From sequence record SRR22947727_1660: a stretch of 37,874 nucleotides of DNA; one strand, given 5' to 3'. Shown here piece by piece: positions 17,064 to 25,952 of this stretch (the first letter of the stretch is position 1; each line of letters begins with the position of its first letter). The position numbers and the translations under genes were made by a program. The notes below the pieces were generated by a model, which had not been told where the DNA came from, did not search any database, and saw only the letters and a program-made list of their open reading frames with translations.

Positions 17064-19367
17064 TTAATTAAATAGAGGTTTTCCTGTATCAAGCGTATGT
17101 CTTATTCTCTCTTGAGTTGGTTTTTGACTAATTAAATCAATAAAAATTTCTCTTTCAAGATCATATAGTTTTTGCTCTGTTAATACGGTTGAGGCCTTTG
17201 TATCACCGCCACTCAGCATATAACCTAGTTTTTTACCAACTTCGATACCATGTTCTCCAATTACTTTTTTATCTTTTAACTCATATAAAATATTCATCAT
17301 ATCTGACATAACTGTTGAGCCTGGCAAAGAAAAAGTGGCGCTATCAAGTGGTTGATAGTTTTCTCTATTTGAAAAAATAAGTTTATCAGCCTCTTCAATT
17401 AAGCGGTCTTTACTCATAACCATAACATCTTTATCTCCTAAAAACTGTTGGGCCTTAGCTTTAATAGGCGAGTCAGCAGTAGTTGCATATCCTATTAAAT
17501 TAAAAACTTTTAAAGATAATAGTTTAGGATCATTTTTAATATCAGAATGATTTGCCCATCGTCTTAACATTTCTTTGCACCCACCTCCTGCAGGTATGAG
17601 ACCTACAAGTGATTCTACTAAACCAAGAACAGAGTTTGAATGTGCTGCAATAAAACTAGTTTGTGAAATAACTTCATACCCTCCTCCTATAGCTAATCCT
17701 GATGGACAAGATACAACAGGAAATTTTGCATGTTGGAGTTGATAAAGTGATTGCTGAAAATTATTCAGAAAAACATCAATATCTTTAAATTCTTTATTCA
17801 CTGCTCTATCATAAAAATAGTTTAAATTGACACCTGCAGAGAATTGCATGGCATCATTAGCTATAACTATTCCATCATACTTATCATTACACAAATCATA
17901 TGCTTTCATTAAACAGTCATTAGTTAGTCCATCGAGAGCATTTGCCTTGGTATGAAACTCAACACATATAAATTTTGATTTACCAGACATTTCCCAAATA
18001 GAAGCAGAGGCATTAGTATAAATAGGTTTTGAGGACTTTTTGCTATCTGATAAAGAAATTATGCCATCAGGTCTTTTCATTGGCATATAAGAGTGTTGAG
18101 GATGAAAATATTCTAATGCATTATCAGCAGTCTTAAATAATGAATTTTTTTGATCGATGAGTTGTTTGATCAAAGAAGGAATTTCTTCATCTTTATTAAG
18201 TTTTGAAACAAAATTTTCAATTCCAATTTCATCAAGTATTTCAAATGGTCCTTTTGACCAGTTAAATCCACATTTCATTGCATCATCAATATCATTGAAG
18301 TTGTTAGTGACATCTGGAACTAAACTTGAGGCATATAAAATTGTTTTTTTCATAATTGACCAAGCGTATTTTCCATACACATCATCTCTTTCTATTACAT
18401 TCACGACATCCATTACATCAGGTAACCCCAGATCAACTTTTTTAGATTCGTGATATGTATTGTTTTTATAATTGAGTGACTCTAAAATTTTTACATCAGA
18501 AGATTTATTCATTCGGAAAAAACCACCTTTTCCTTTTCTTCCTGTATAACCATCTTCAATAAGTTGATTAATAATTGGCAGTTCTTTACCCACAATATGG
18601 AAAGGGTCACTGACTGGTAGTTCTGTAATAAAACTTTTTAATACATCAGCCATCAAGTCAATACCAATTAAGTCATACAAACCAAATATTCCTGTTTTAG
18701 GAATACCAAGAGGTCTCCCAAAAACAGCATCAGCTTCTTCAACAGTAAGTCCAAGATTAAATGCTTCAGTCATTGCCACTTGCATAGCATACACACCAAC
18801 ACGATTGCCTAAAAATCCTGGTGAGTCATTGCAAACAACAACAGTCTTACCTAAAATCTTATCACCAAAATTAACGAGGTCATTTATTTTTTCTTTATCA
18901 TTTTGTGGCCCAATCACTAATTCGAGTAATCGCATATAACGAACTGGATTGAAAAAATGTGTAATACAAAAAACTTCCTTCATTTCTTTTGACATATCTT
19001 CAGTTAATACTTTCAGAGGGATAGAAGATGTATTGGATGAGACCAAAGCACCAGATTTTCGAAGTGTATCAATTTGTGAATAAAGTGTTTTTTTAATATC
19101 AATTCTTTCGACTACAGCTTCCACTACCCAATCTGCATCTTTTAATGATTCCATATCATTTTCTATACTTCCAGGAATGATATGATTGAGATTATTTTCC
19201 TCCATTAATAGAGGTGGTCTTGATTTTTTTATTCGCTCACATGCTTTAGTGGCAATCTCAATGGTTAGATCAAGTAGGTGAACCTGCAAACCTGCATTTG
19301 CTACCTGAGCCGCAATTCCACTACCCATAGTTCCTGATCCTATAACGACAACTTTTGATATTTTCAT
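17064..19367 (-). CDS. 3-hydroxyacyl-CoA dehydrogenase / enoyl-CoA hydratase bifunctional protein (FadN-like)
   Basis: GSGTMGSGIA, EAVVE, SSNTS, HFFNPVRY, followed by a crotonase domain (FSAGVNL, GGG.E, VGLIPAGGG); C-terminal TGKPL.N. Confidence 0.9.
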   Translation of the reverse strand: MKISKVVVIGSGTMGSGIAAQVANAGLQVHLLDLTIEIATKACERIKKSRPPLLMEENNLNHIIPGSIENDMESLKDADWVVEAVVERIDIKKTLYSQIDTLRKSGALVSSNTSSIPLKVLTEDMSKEMKEVFCITHFFNPVRYMRLLELVIGPQNDKEKINDLVNFGDKILGKTVVVCNDSPGFLGNRVGVYAMQVAMTEAFNLGLTVEEADAVFGRPLGIPKTGIFGLYDLIGIDLMADVLKSFITELPVSDPFHIVGKELPIINQLIEDGYTGRKGKGGFFRMNKSSDVKILESLNYKNNTYHESKKVDLGLPDVMDVVNVIERDDVYGKYAWSIMKKTILYASSLVPDVTNNFNDIDDAMKCGFNWSKGPFEILDEIGIENFVSKLNKDEEIPSLIKQLIDQKNSLFKTADNALEYFHPQHSYMPMKRPDGIISLSDSKKSSKPIYTNASASIWEMSGKSKFICVEFHTKANALDGLTNDCLMKAYDLCNDKYDGIVIANDAMQFSAGVNLNYFYDRAVNKEFKDIDVFLNNFQQSLYQLQHAKFPVVSCPSGLAIGGGYEVISQTSFIAAHSNSVLGLVESLVGLIPAGGGCKEMLRRWANHSDIKNDPKLLSLKVFNLIGYATTADSPIKAKAQQFLGDKDVMVMSKDRLIEEADKLIFSNRENYQPLDSATFSLPGSTVMSDMMNILYELKDKKVIGEHGIEVGKKLGYMLSGGDTKASTVLTEQKLYDLEREIFIDLISQKPTQERIRHTLDTGKPLFN

Positions 19368-19473
19368 TTTTTAAGCGGTTATATAGATAATTTAACAAAT
19401 CTCACCAAAAGAAATACAAAAAAATAACGTATTTGAGTGAAAAATATTGTAAATACCTCTATAGGCGCACGCG

Positions 19474-20856
19474 ATGAAAAAAAATCCGTCAAGAAATACA
19501 CACTTAAAAAATGGTCCTTCGAAGTTATTACAATCTATTAATAACTCTATAGATATTGATCAAAGAATGTACAAAGAAGACATTGATGGCTCAATCGCAC
19601 ATGCTACAATGCTTGGTAAACAAAAAATTATATCAAAAAAAGATCAAACAAAAATTGTTAATGGCCTGAAAGCTATTTTACAAAATATTAATTCTGGTAA
19701 AATTCAATTCAAAAGTGAGCTTGAGGATATTCATATGAATATTGAGTCTTTGCTCTTCAAACAAATTGGAAAAACTGCTGGAAAATTACATACTGCTAGA
19801 TCACGTAACGATCAGGTTGTTACTGACTTTAAACTTTGGATAAGAAATAATAGTATCAATCTTGATAAGCACGTTCAAAACTTACAAAAAAGCCTTATTG
19901 ATGTTGCTAAGAAAAATACTGTTACTGTAATGCCTGGCTATACACATCTTCAGGTTGCACAACCAATTTCTTTAGCTCATCACTGTCTCGCATATGTTGA
20001 AATGATGGGTAGAGATAGATCAAGACTAAAAGATTGCATAGAAAGGCTAAATGAAAACCCCTTAGGCTCTGGAGCCTTAGCAGGAACATCATTCCCTATT
20101 GACAGAAATTTAACATCAAAATTATTGAAATTTTCTAAACCAACAGCTAATGCACTTGATAGTGTATCTGATAGAGATTTTGCCGTTGAATTTTTATTTG
20201 TTATATCACTTATAAGCACTCATTTATCAAGAATGGCTGATGAAATTATTCTTTGGTCTAATCAACAATTTAGTTTTATCAACTTGCCAGATGAATTAGC
20301 AACTGGTAGCTCAATTATGCCTCAGAAAAAAAATCCTGATGGAGCTGAGTTAGTACGAGGAAAAGCAAGTAGTATAATTAGTAATTTAAATGGGTTACTA
20401 GTTATTCTAAAAGGCCTTCCATTAGCTTATAGTAAAGATCTTCAGGATGATAAAAAAATAGTTTTTTCAGCATTTGATGATGTTTGCCTGACATTAGAAG
20501 TGATGACAGAAACGTGGTCTAAGGTTAATTTTAATAAAGATATTATGGCTGATGCTGTTTATAATTCTAATGCTACAGCAACAGATTTTGCGAATTGGTT
20601 AGTACAACATCTAGAATTATCTTTTAGAGAAGCTTATCAATTGACTGGCAGAATTGTAGCTCATGCTAATAAAAATAATAAAAAACTAGATCAATTGACT
20701 TTAGAAGAACTTCAAAAATTTAATAAAAAAATTAGCAAAGATGCTCAAAAAACTCTTTCTGTGCATGAAAGTATAAAAAATAAAAAAAGTTTTGGTGGAA
20801 CATCACCACAAAGGGTTAAACAATCGATTAAATATGCTATAAAAAAATATCTGTGA
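19474..20856 (+). CDS. argH: Argininosuccinate lyase
   Basis: EDIHMNIE, LHTARSRNDQ, PGYTHLQ, GSSIMPQKKNPD. Confidence 0.97.
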   Translation: MKKNPSRNTHLKNGPSKLLQSINNSIDIDQRMYKEDIDGSIAHATMLGKQKIISKKDQTKIVNGLKAILQNINSGKIQFKSELEDIHMNIESLLFKQIGKTAGKLHTARSRNDQVVTDFKLWIRNNSINLDKHVQNLQKSLIDVAKKNTVTVMPGYTHLQVAQPISLAHHCLAYVEMMGRDRSRLKDCIERLNENPLGSGALAGTSFPIDRNLTSKLLKFSKPTANALDSVSDRDFAVEFLFVISLISTHLSRMADEIILWSNQQFSFINLPDELATGSSIMPQKKNPDGAELVRGKASSIISNLNGLLVILKGLPLAYSKDLQDDKKIVFSAFDDVCLTLEVMTETWSKVNFNKDIMADAVYNSNATATDFANWLVQHLELSFREAYQLTGRIVAHANKNNKKLDQLTLEELQKFNKKISKDAQKTLSVHESIKNKKSFGGTSPQRVKQSIKYAIKKYL

Positions 20857-21044
20857 TGAAAAATTTTTTATATATTTTATTTATTTCGTTTTTTCTCTTT
20901 AGTTGTGGAAAGGTAGGCCCCTTAAGTCTTCCTGAAGATCAATTGGATAAATCAGTTATTAGCTATCCCTGTGATGAAGCTTGTATGGAACGATTTGAAG
21001 CTGAGAAAGAAAGACAGCAATCAGTCATTATTCAAACAGAATAA
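20856..21044 (+). CDS. Small lipoprotein, LptM (YifL/LppL) family
   Basis: Lipobox LFSC followed by GKVGPLSLP (cf. CGxKGPLYLP); canonical argH-lipoprotein-lysA position; ATG overlaps the argH TGA. Confidence 0.8.
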   Translation: MKNFLYILFISFFLFSCGKVGPLSLPEDQLDKSVISYPCDEACMERFEAEKERQQSVIIQTE

Positions 21045-21045
21045 A

Positions 21046-22290
21046 ATGATTCATCACAATAATAACAGACCCTTTGTAGAGGGTGTATCGTTAGAAGATA
21101 TAGCTAAAGTTCAGACAACGCCTTTTTATGTTTATTCTCAAACTAAAATTACCAATACATTTGAACAATTAAAAAATAGTTTAGATTCTGAAATATTTTA
21201 TGCTGTTAAAGCAAATTCTAATCAGTCTATCATCAAACTCATGGCTTCTTTAGGAGCGGGTGCTGACGTTGTATCAGTTGGTGAGTTAGAAAGAGCAATA
21301 CTAGCTGGTGTAGAACCTCAGAAAATAATCTTTGAAGGGATAGGTAAAACCAAACAAGATATAGCCTTTGCCATAGAAAAAAATATTCGTCTCATAAACA
21401 TTGAGTCAATAGATGAATTAGAGAGAGTGAATGAAGTGGCTCTTAATCAAAATAAACAAATTAATATTGGCGTAAGATTAAACCCTAACATTGATGGTCT
21501 AACACTTGATAAAATATCTACAGGGAAAAAAACAGATAAGTTTGGGATTGATACAGACATACTAAGTAAATTATTTCAAGTTCTAGGTGTCTCTAAAAAT
21601 GTTAATCTTATTGGTATCAGTTGTCATGTTGGCAGTCAGATGTTTAAAATAAATGTATTTGCTGAAATTTTTCAGAAAATGAAAGCTAATGCCCAATTAT
21701 TTTTAGATAAAGGATATTCCATTAGGCATGTTGATTTAGGTGGAGGTTTTGGAGTGAACTATTCCCAAGATCAAGAAATACTTAGCTTAGAACTTGTTAA
21801 AAACGAAATGAATAAATGTTTTGTTGATGTACCTTATAAATTATCTTTTGAGCCCGGAAGATACCTTGTTGCAAATGCAGGTATTCTAGTAACAGCTGTA
21901 ATCACTATTAAAAATAATGGTGGAATAAATTATTTAATAACAGATGCTGGCATGCATACATTAATACGCCCTGCTCTATATAAAGCACATCACGAAATTG
22001 AGTCAGTAAGTGGGAACGCAGAGAAATTAATTAATTATACTATTGCAGGACCAATATGTGAGAGTTCAGATATTTTTGGTAAAAATATTAGTTTACCGCA
22101 GCAACAAATTGGCAATCTAATTATTATAAAAGATACTGGTGCGTATGGAAAAGTCATGGCTTCTAATTATAATTCAAGAGGTTTGCCAAAAGAAATACTT
22201 GTGAAGGATAATAATTTTTTTGTTATTCATAAACCTTTGAGCACAAAAGAATTTATTGATCAGGATCATATTCCTAATTGGCTGGTTTAA
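21046..22290 (+). CDS. lysA: Diaminopimelate decarboxylase
   Basis: TPFYVYS, YAVKANSN, KFG, HVGSQ, DLGGG, EPGRY, GPICES, GAYG..MASNYN; start at ATG 21046. Confidence 0.96.
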   Translation: MIHHNNNRPFVEGVSLEDIAKVQTTPFYVYSQTKITNTFEQLKNSLDSEIFYAVKANSNQSIIKLMASLGAGADVVSVGELERAILAGVEPQKIIFEGIGKTKQDIAFAIEKNIRLINIESIDELERVNEVALNQNKQINIGVRLNPNIDGLTLDKISTGKKTDKFGIDTDILSKLFQVLGVSKNVNLIGISCHVGSQMFKINVFAEIFQKMKANAQLFLDKGYSIRHVDLGGGFGVNYSQDQEILSLELVKNEMNKCFVDVPYKLSFEPGRYLVANAGILVTAVITIKNNGGINYLITDAGMHTLIRPALYKAHHEIESVSGNAEKLINYTIAGPICESSDIFGKNISLPQQQIGNLIIIKDTGAYGKVMASNYNSRGLPKEILVKDNNFFVIHKPLSTKEFIDQDHIPNWLV

Positions 22291-22739
22291 TTTACAATTT
22301 GATAAATAATTTTTGCTAAATCATTGATAATTAATTTTAAATTGAAAAAAAATTCATTAATATAAAAACTTATTAAAACAAAAATATTTGTTCCATAAGA
22401 TCTTAAAGTCCAAAATAAAAAAATAATCAGCACCAGAAAAAAAATAACTAAAAAGGTATTTATAAAACTCACCTTTTGTTCTCTGACTACTGTACTTGGT
22501 AAATTTTTTATCTCTTTAGGTGATACATCAGTTCCATTATTTTGACTTTCTTCTTCTTTTTCCAGAGGTTTTTCTTGGGAGGTTTTTGGCACTGAGGAAG
22601 ATAGTAAATCTTCCCCTTTTAATGGTTCTTGAAACCAGCGATGATTACAGTTTGCGCACTCAACCATTCTTCCATCAGGTTTTAAATCTGCAGAATTTAC
22701 AATATATTTATAGTCACAATCTGAGCATTGAATGAACAT
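22287..22739 (-). CDS. MJ0042-type zinc-ribbon domain membrane protein
   Basis: N-terminal CxxC...GR.V.CxxC.H.W, low-complexity linker, one TM helix. Confidence 0.85.
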   Translation of the reverse strand: MFIQCSDCDYKYIVNSADLKPDGRMVECANCNHRWFQEPLKGEDLLSSSVPKTSQEKPLEKEEESQNNGTDVSPKEIKNLPSTVVREQKVSFINTFLVIFFLVLIIFLFWTLRSYGTNIFVLISFYINEFFFNLKLIINDLAKIIYQIVN

Positions 22740-22788
22740 AATCTATATATAGAGTAGACAGGTTAGTATATAAAACAAAATTTATAGT

Positions 22789-23490
22789 ATGTTATTATTA
22801 ACTATTATCTTTTATGTTGCTTTAGCATCGTGGACAATTTTAATGGGGTTTTTAAGCCTTCCATTTTTATTCTTACCAAGTAAATCTATCGTTTTACCTG
22901 CTAAAATTTGGATTAGGGGCATATTTATTTGTTTAAAATATATATGTGGAGTCACTCATGAAATGAGAGGGCTTGATAACCTATCAGATGAACCAGTAAT
23001 TATTGTTTCAAAGCATCAATCTGCTTTTGAAACGTTTGCTCTTTATTATTATCTTAAAAAAAGTTTTTTTATTCATAAAAAACAACTTTTTTATATTCCT
23101 ATATTTGGTCAATATTTAATGAAGCATAATATGGTGTCTATTGATCGAGCGGGTCACGCATCTACAATGCGCAAAATGATTACTGACGTTAAAAAAAAAT
23201 TAGATAGTGGCTCTACAATTATTATTTTTCCTGAAGGAACAAGAACAAAGCCTGGTGCAAAAGCTGATTACAAAACTGGGTTTATAGGAATTTATAATAC
23301 TTCAAAAAGAAAACTTCAACCAGTAGCGCTTAATTCAGGATTATTTTGGCAAAAAGGATTAAAGGTCATAAAGCGAGGTCACATCATTATAGAATTTTTG
23401 CCTCAAATAGATATTGGTCTTGATAAAAATGAAGTTCTAAATAAGGTAGAAAACTCTATTGAGTCAGCAACCAATAAATTATTGAATTAA
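22789..23490 (+). CDS. plsC: 1-acyl-sn-glycerol-3-phosphate acyltransferase
   Basis: SKHQSAFET, IDR, IFPEGTR, PVALNSG. Confidence 0.92.
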   Translation: MLLLTIIFYVALASWTILMGFLSLPFLFLPSKSIVLPAKIWIRGIFICLKYICGVTHEMRGLDNLSDEPVIIVSKHQSAFETFALYYYLKKSFFIHKKQLFYIPIFGQYLMKHNMVSIDRAGHASTMRKMITDVKKKLDSGSTIIIFPEGTRTKPGAKADYKTGFIGIYNTSKRKLQPVALNSGLFWQKGLKVIKRGHIIIEFLPQIDIGLDKNEVLNKVENSIESATNKLLN

Positions 23491-24398
23491 TTTTTTTTCT
23501 CTGTTGGATCAAAACTTCCTGCTTGACCAATATCTTCAATTTCTTTTCGAATTTTTTTCGATTGATTAAATTTATTTTCTAAAAATTCTAAATCACCGTT
23601 TCTAATTGCTTTTTGATATGTCGATAAATCTTCACTAAATCTTCCAAGCATTTCTAAAACTGCGTCTTTATTTTTATTATACACATCTCTCCACATAATA
23701 GGATCACTCCCAGCCAATCGTGTAAAATCTCTAAAGCCTGCAGCAGAATATTTGATAACTTCATCGCGCATATGAGACTCTAACTCAGTTGCAGTTCCAA
23801 CAACAGAAAAAGCAATGAGCTGTGGAATATGTGATGTCATTGCCAAAACACGGTCATGCCTATCAGCCTCCATAAGCTCAACAGTCATCCCAATTGATTT
23901 CCACATTTCACTGATAGAAAAAGTAGCAGCATCATTTGTTTCATAGGGAGTTAAAATACAATATCTATTGTCAAATAATTTACTGAAACCATATTCTGGA
24001 CCACTTTTTTCTAGTCCTGCTATTGGATGTGAGGGTACAAAAGTGATATTGTTATTTGTTACAGCATTTTTAAAATCACTTATAGTGCTCATTTTTGTTG
24101 AGCCAACATCCGTTATTAAAGTCGGTTGAGAAATAAAGTCTGACAGAGAAGAAAAAATATTTTTATATGCACTTAAGGGTGTACATATAATTATAAGATC
24201 AAATTGCACATCAAAATTATTTAAGTTTGTTCCTCCTTGAACTAAAAGATTTAAATCATGGCATTTTTTTATAATCTTATCATTAGTATCTAGTCCATAT
24301 ACGCTGTTTGCAACATGGTTTTCAACTAACGCGCGTGAGATTGATGAGCCAATTAAACCCATTCCTATTATTAAAACTGAATTATATTTTTTTGTCAT
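23487..24398 (-). CDS. tyrC: Prephenate/arogenate (cyclohexadienyl) dehydrogenase
   Basis: IGMGLIGSS, TDVGSTK, HPIAG.E.SG, HD.VLA.TSH.P, SAAGFRDFTR.A.SDP.MW. Confidence 0.93.
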   Translation of the reverse strand: MTKKYNSVLIIGMGLIGSSISRALVENHVANSVYGLDTNDKIIKKCHDLNLLVQGGTNLNNFDVQFDLIIICTPLSAYKNIFSSLSDFISQPTLITDVGSTKMSTISDFKNAVTNNNITFVPSHPIAGLEKSGPEYGFSKLFDNRYCILTPYETNDAATFSISEMWKSIGMTVELMEADRHDRVLAMTSHIPQLIAFSVVGTATELESHMRDEVIKYSAAGFRDFTRLAGSDPIMWRDVYNKNKDAVLEMLGRFSEDLSTYQKAIRNGDLEFLENKFNQSKKIRKEIEDIGQAGSFDPTEKKN

Positions 24399-25747
24399 TT
24401 TGTTATTTTTTTAAGTGATTCTATTGTAGAAATCATTTCATCTTGTGTTCCAATTGTTATTCGAAGACAATTAGGTAATCCGTAACTATTTAATTGACGA
24501 ACAATTATTCCTTCATTTGTTAAATGTGCAGATATTTCTTTAGCTTTTTTTTCAGATGATTGAATAAAAGAAAAATTTCCCTCAGAAGGCCCGCATTTTA
24601 TATCTATCTTTTTTAACTCATCCTCAAACCATTTTTTTACTTTGTGATTATTATCAACAACCTCTTGTAAATATTCTTTATCTTCTAGGGCAAGCATAGC
24701 AATTTCCTGGGATATAGTTTGTGTATTAAAAGGCCCTTTAACTTTATTTAAAATATTTGCGACCTTTTCACTTGAGTAACACCAACCGATTCTCAAAGCT
24801 GCAAGGCCATAAACTTTTGAAAAAGTTCTTGTCATAATAATGTTTTCAAACTCTTCTATTAGAGAAAATCCACTATCATAATCATCTTTTATTACATACT
24901 CTGCATAGGCGCCATCAAGAACAACTAAAATATGTTTAGGTAGTTTATTTAAAAGATTAACTATTTCTGTCCGTGATAAATAAGTACCAGTTGGATTGTT
25001 TGGGTTAGCTAAATAAATAATTTTTGTAGAAGGTGTGACTTGTTGTAAAATAGAATTTACATCAATTTTATAGTTTGCGTTTTCTTCTATAAGTTTTGAT
25101 GTTGCTCCAACTATTTTTGTTATAATTGAATACATCTCAAATCCATGTTTTGCGTGAATGATTTCATCTCCATCTTGACAAAATGCTAAAGCTGCAAAAA
25201 GTAATGTTTCATCCGATCCACAACCAAGAATTATTCGGTTAACATCTAAATTGTGAGTGATTGCAATTTTTTCTCTCAGGTCAATTCCATCAATACTGGG
25301 ATAACGATGTGAGTTAAGAAGAGTTTTAGATTTATTTATATGATCTAAAACCTTAGGTGATGGGCCGTACGAATTCTCATTAGAAGATAATTTAATAATA
25401 TTATCTTTACCTGCTAATGAAGATTTTCCACCTTTGTAGATATTTATAGAATTTATAGATCTCTTCGTGGTTATTAGTGAACTATTGTTTTCTTGTAATT
25501 TTGTTGAAGCTTGAAATATTTCTCGCCAAATTCTAACTATTGAGTCCTTAGAATATTTTGTTTTTGAATTTTGTAACAACCTATCAAGTACTTTCTGCTC
25601 TCTTTGAATGTCAACTATATCAGTCTTTGATTTCTTTTGTTCACCAATCTCTGTAACAATTTCAGCTCTTTGTTTAAGCAGATCCAATATTTTATCGTCT
25701 AGTGAATTAATATTGTCTCTTAATGAGTCTAGTTTTTTATTATCCAT
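24395..25747 (-). CDS. hisC: Chorismate mutase (AroQ) fused to histidinol-phosphate/aromatic aminotransferase
   Basis: Residues ~1-88: L..LR..I..LD..IL.LL..R...IG..K...RE..; then Y.GGKS, KLSSNEN, RYP, GSDE, ANPNNPTG, DGAY, RTFSK.YGLA.LR.G, LRITIG. Confidence 0.9.
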   Translation of the reverse strand: MDNKKLDSLRDNINSLDDKILDLLKQRAEIVTEIGEQKKSKTDIVDIQREQKVLDRLLQNSKTKYSKDSIVRIWREIFQASTKLQENNSSLITTKRSINSINIYKGGKSSLAGKDNIIKLSSNENSYGPSPKVLDHINKSKTLLNSHRYPSIDGIDLREKIAITHNLDVNRIILGCGSDETLLFAALAFCQDGDEIIHAKHGFEMYSIITKIVGATSKLIEENANYKIDVNSILQQVTPSTKIIYLANPNNPTGTYLSRTEIVNLLNKLPKHILVVLDGAYAEYVIKDDYDSGFSLIEEFENIIMTRTFSKVYGLAALRIGWCYSSEKVANILNKVKGPFNTQTISQEIAMLALEDKEYLQEVVDNNHKVKKWFEDELKKIDIKCGPSEGNFSFIQSSEKKAKEISAHLTNEGIIVRQLNSYGLPNCLRITIGTQDEMISTIESLKKITK

Positions 25748-25824
25748 ATTGTGAGGGTGTCTTTACAAACTATACGGCAATAAATCAAAATAAACAGTAG
25801 TTTCTTGATCAAAATTAAGAAATA

Positions 25825-25852
25825 TTGACAAAAAACTTATATAAATTAAATA
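25825..25852 (+). promoter_or_regulatory. Candidate sigma70 promoter for the metX-metW-gloB leader
   Basis: TTGACA at 25825-25830 and TAAATA 16 nt later, ending just before the riboswitch. Confidence 0.55.
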
Positions 25853-25859
25853 CGATTAA

Positions 25860-25909
25860 ACACCGATTTGTAACTGCTTGCGGGTGTGTATCTGAACAGC
25901 TAAAGCGTG
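25860..25909 (+). ncRNA. SAM-II (SAM-alpha) riboswitch
   Basis: ACACC-GATTTG-TAACT-GCTTGCG-GGTGT...CAGCTAAAG: P1 ACACC/GGTGT plus the conserved GAUUU, UUGC and GCUAAA elements; located upstream of metX. Confidence 0.8.
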
Positions 25910-25952
25910 ATACTCTCCTTAACCAGTAAAATATCAAATTGGCAAAAAGATT

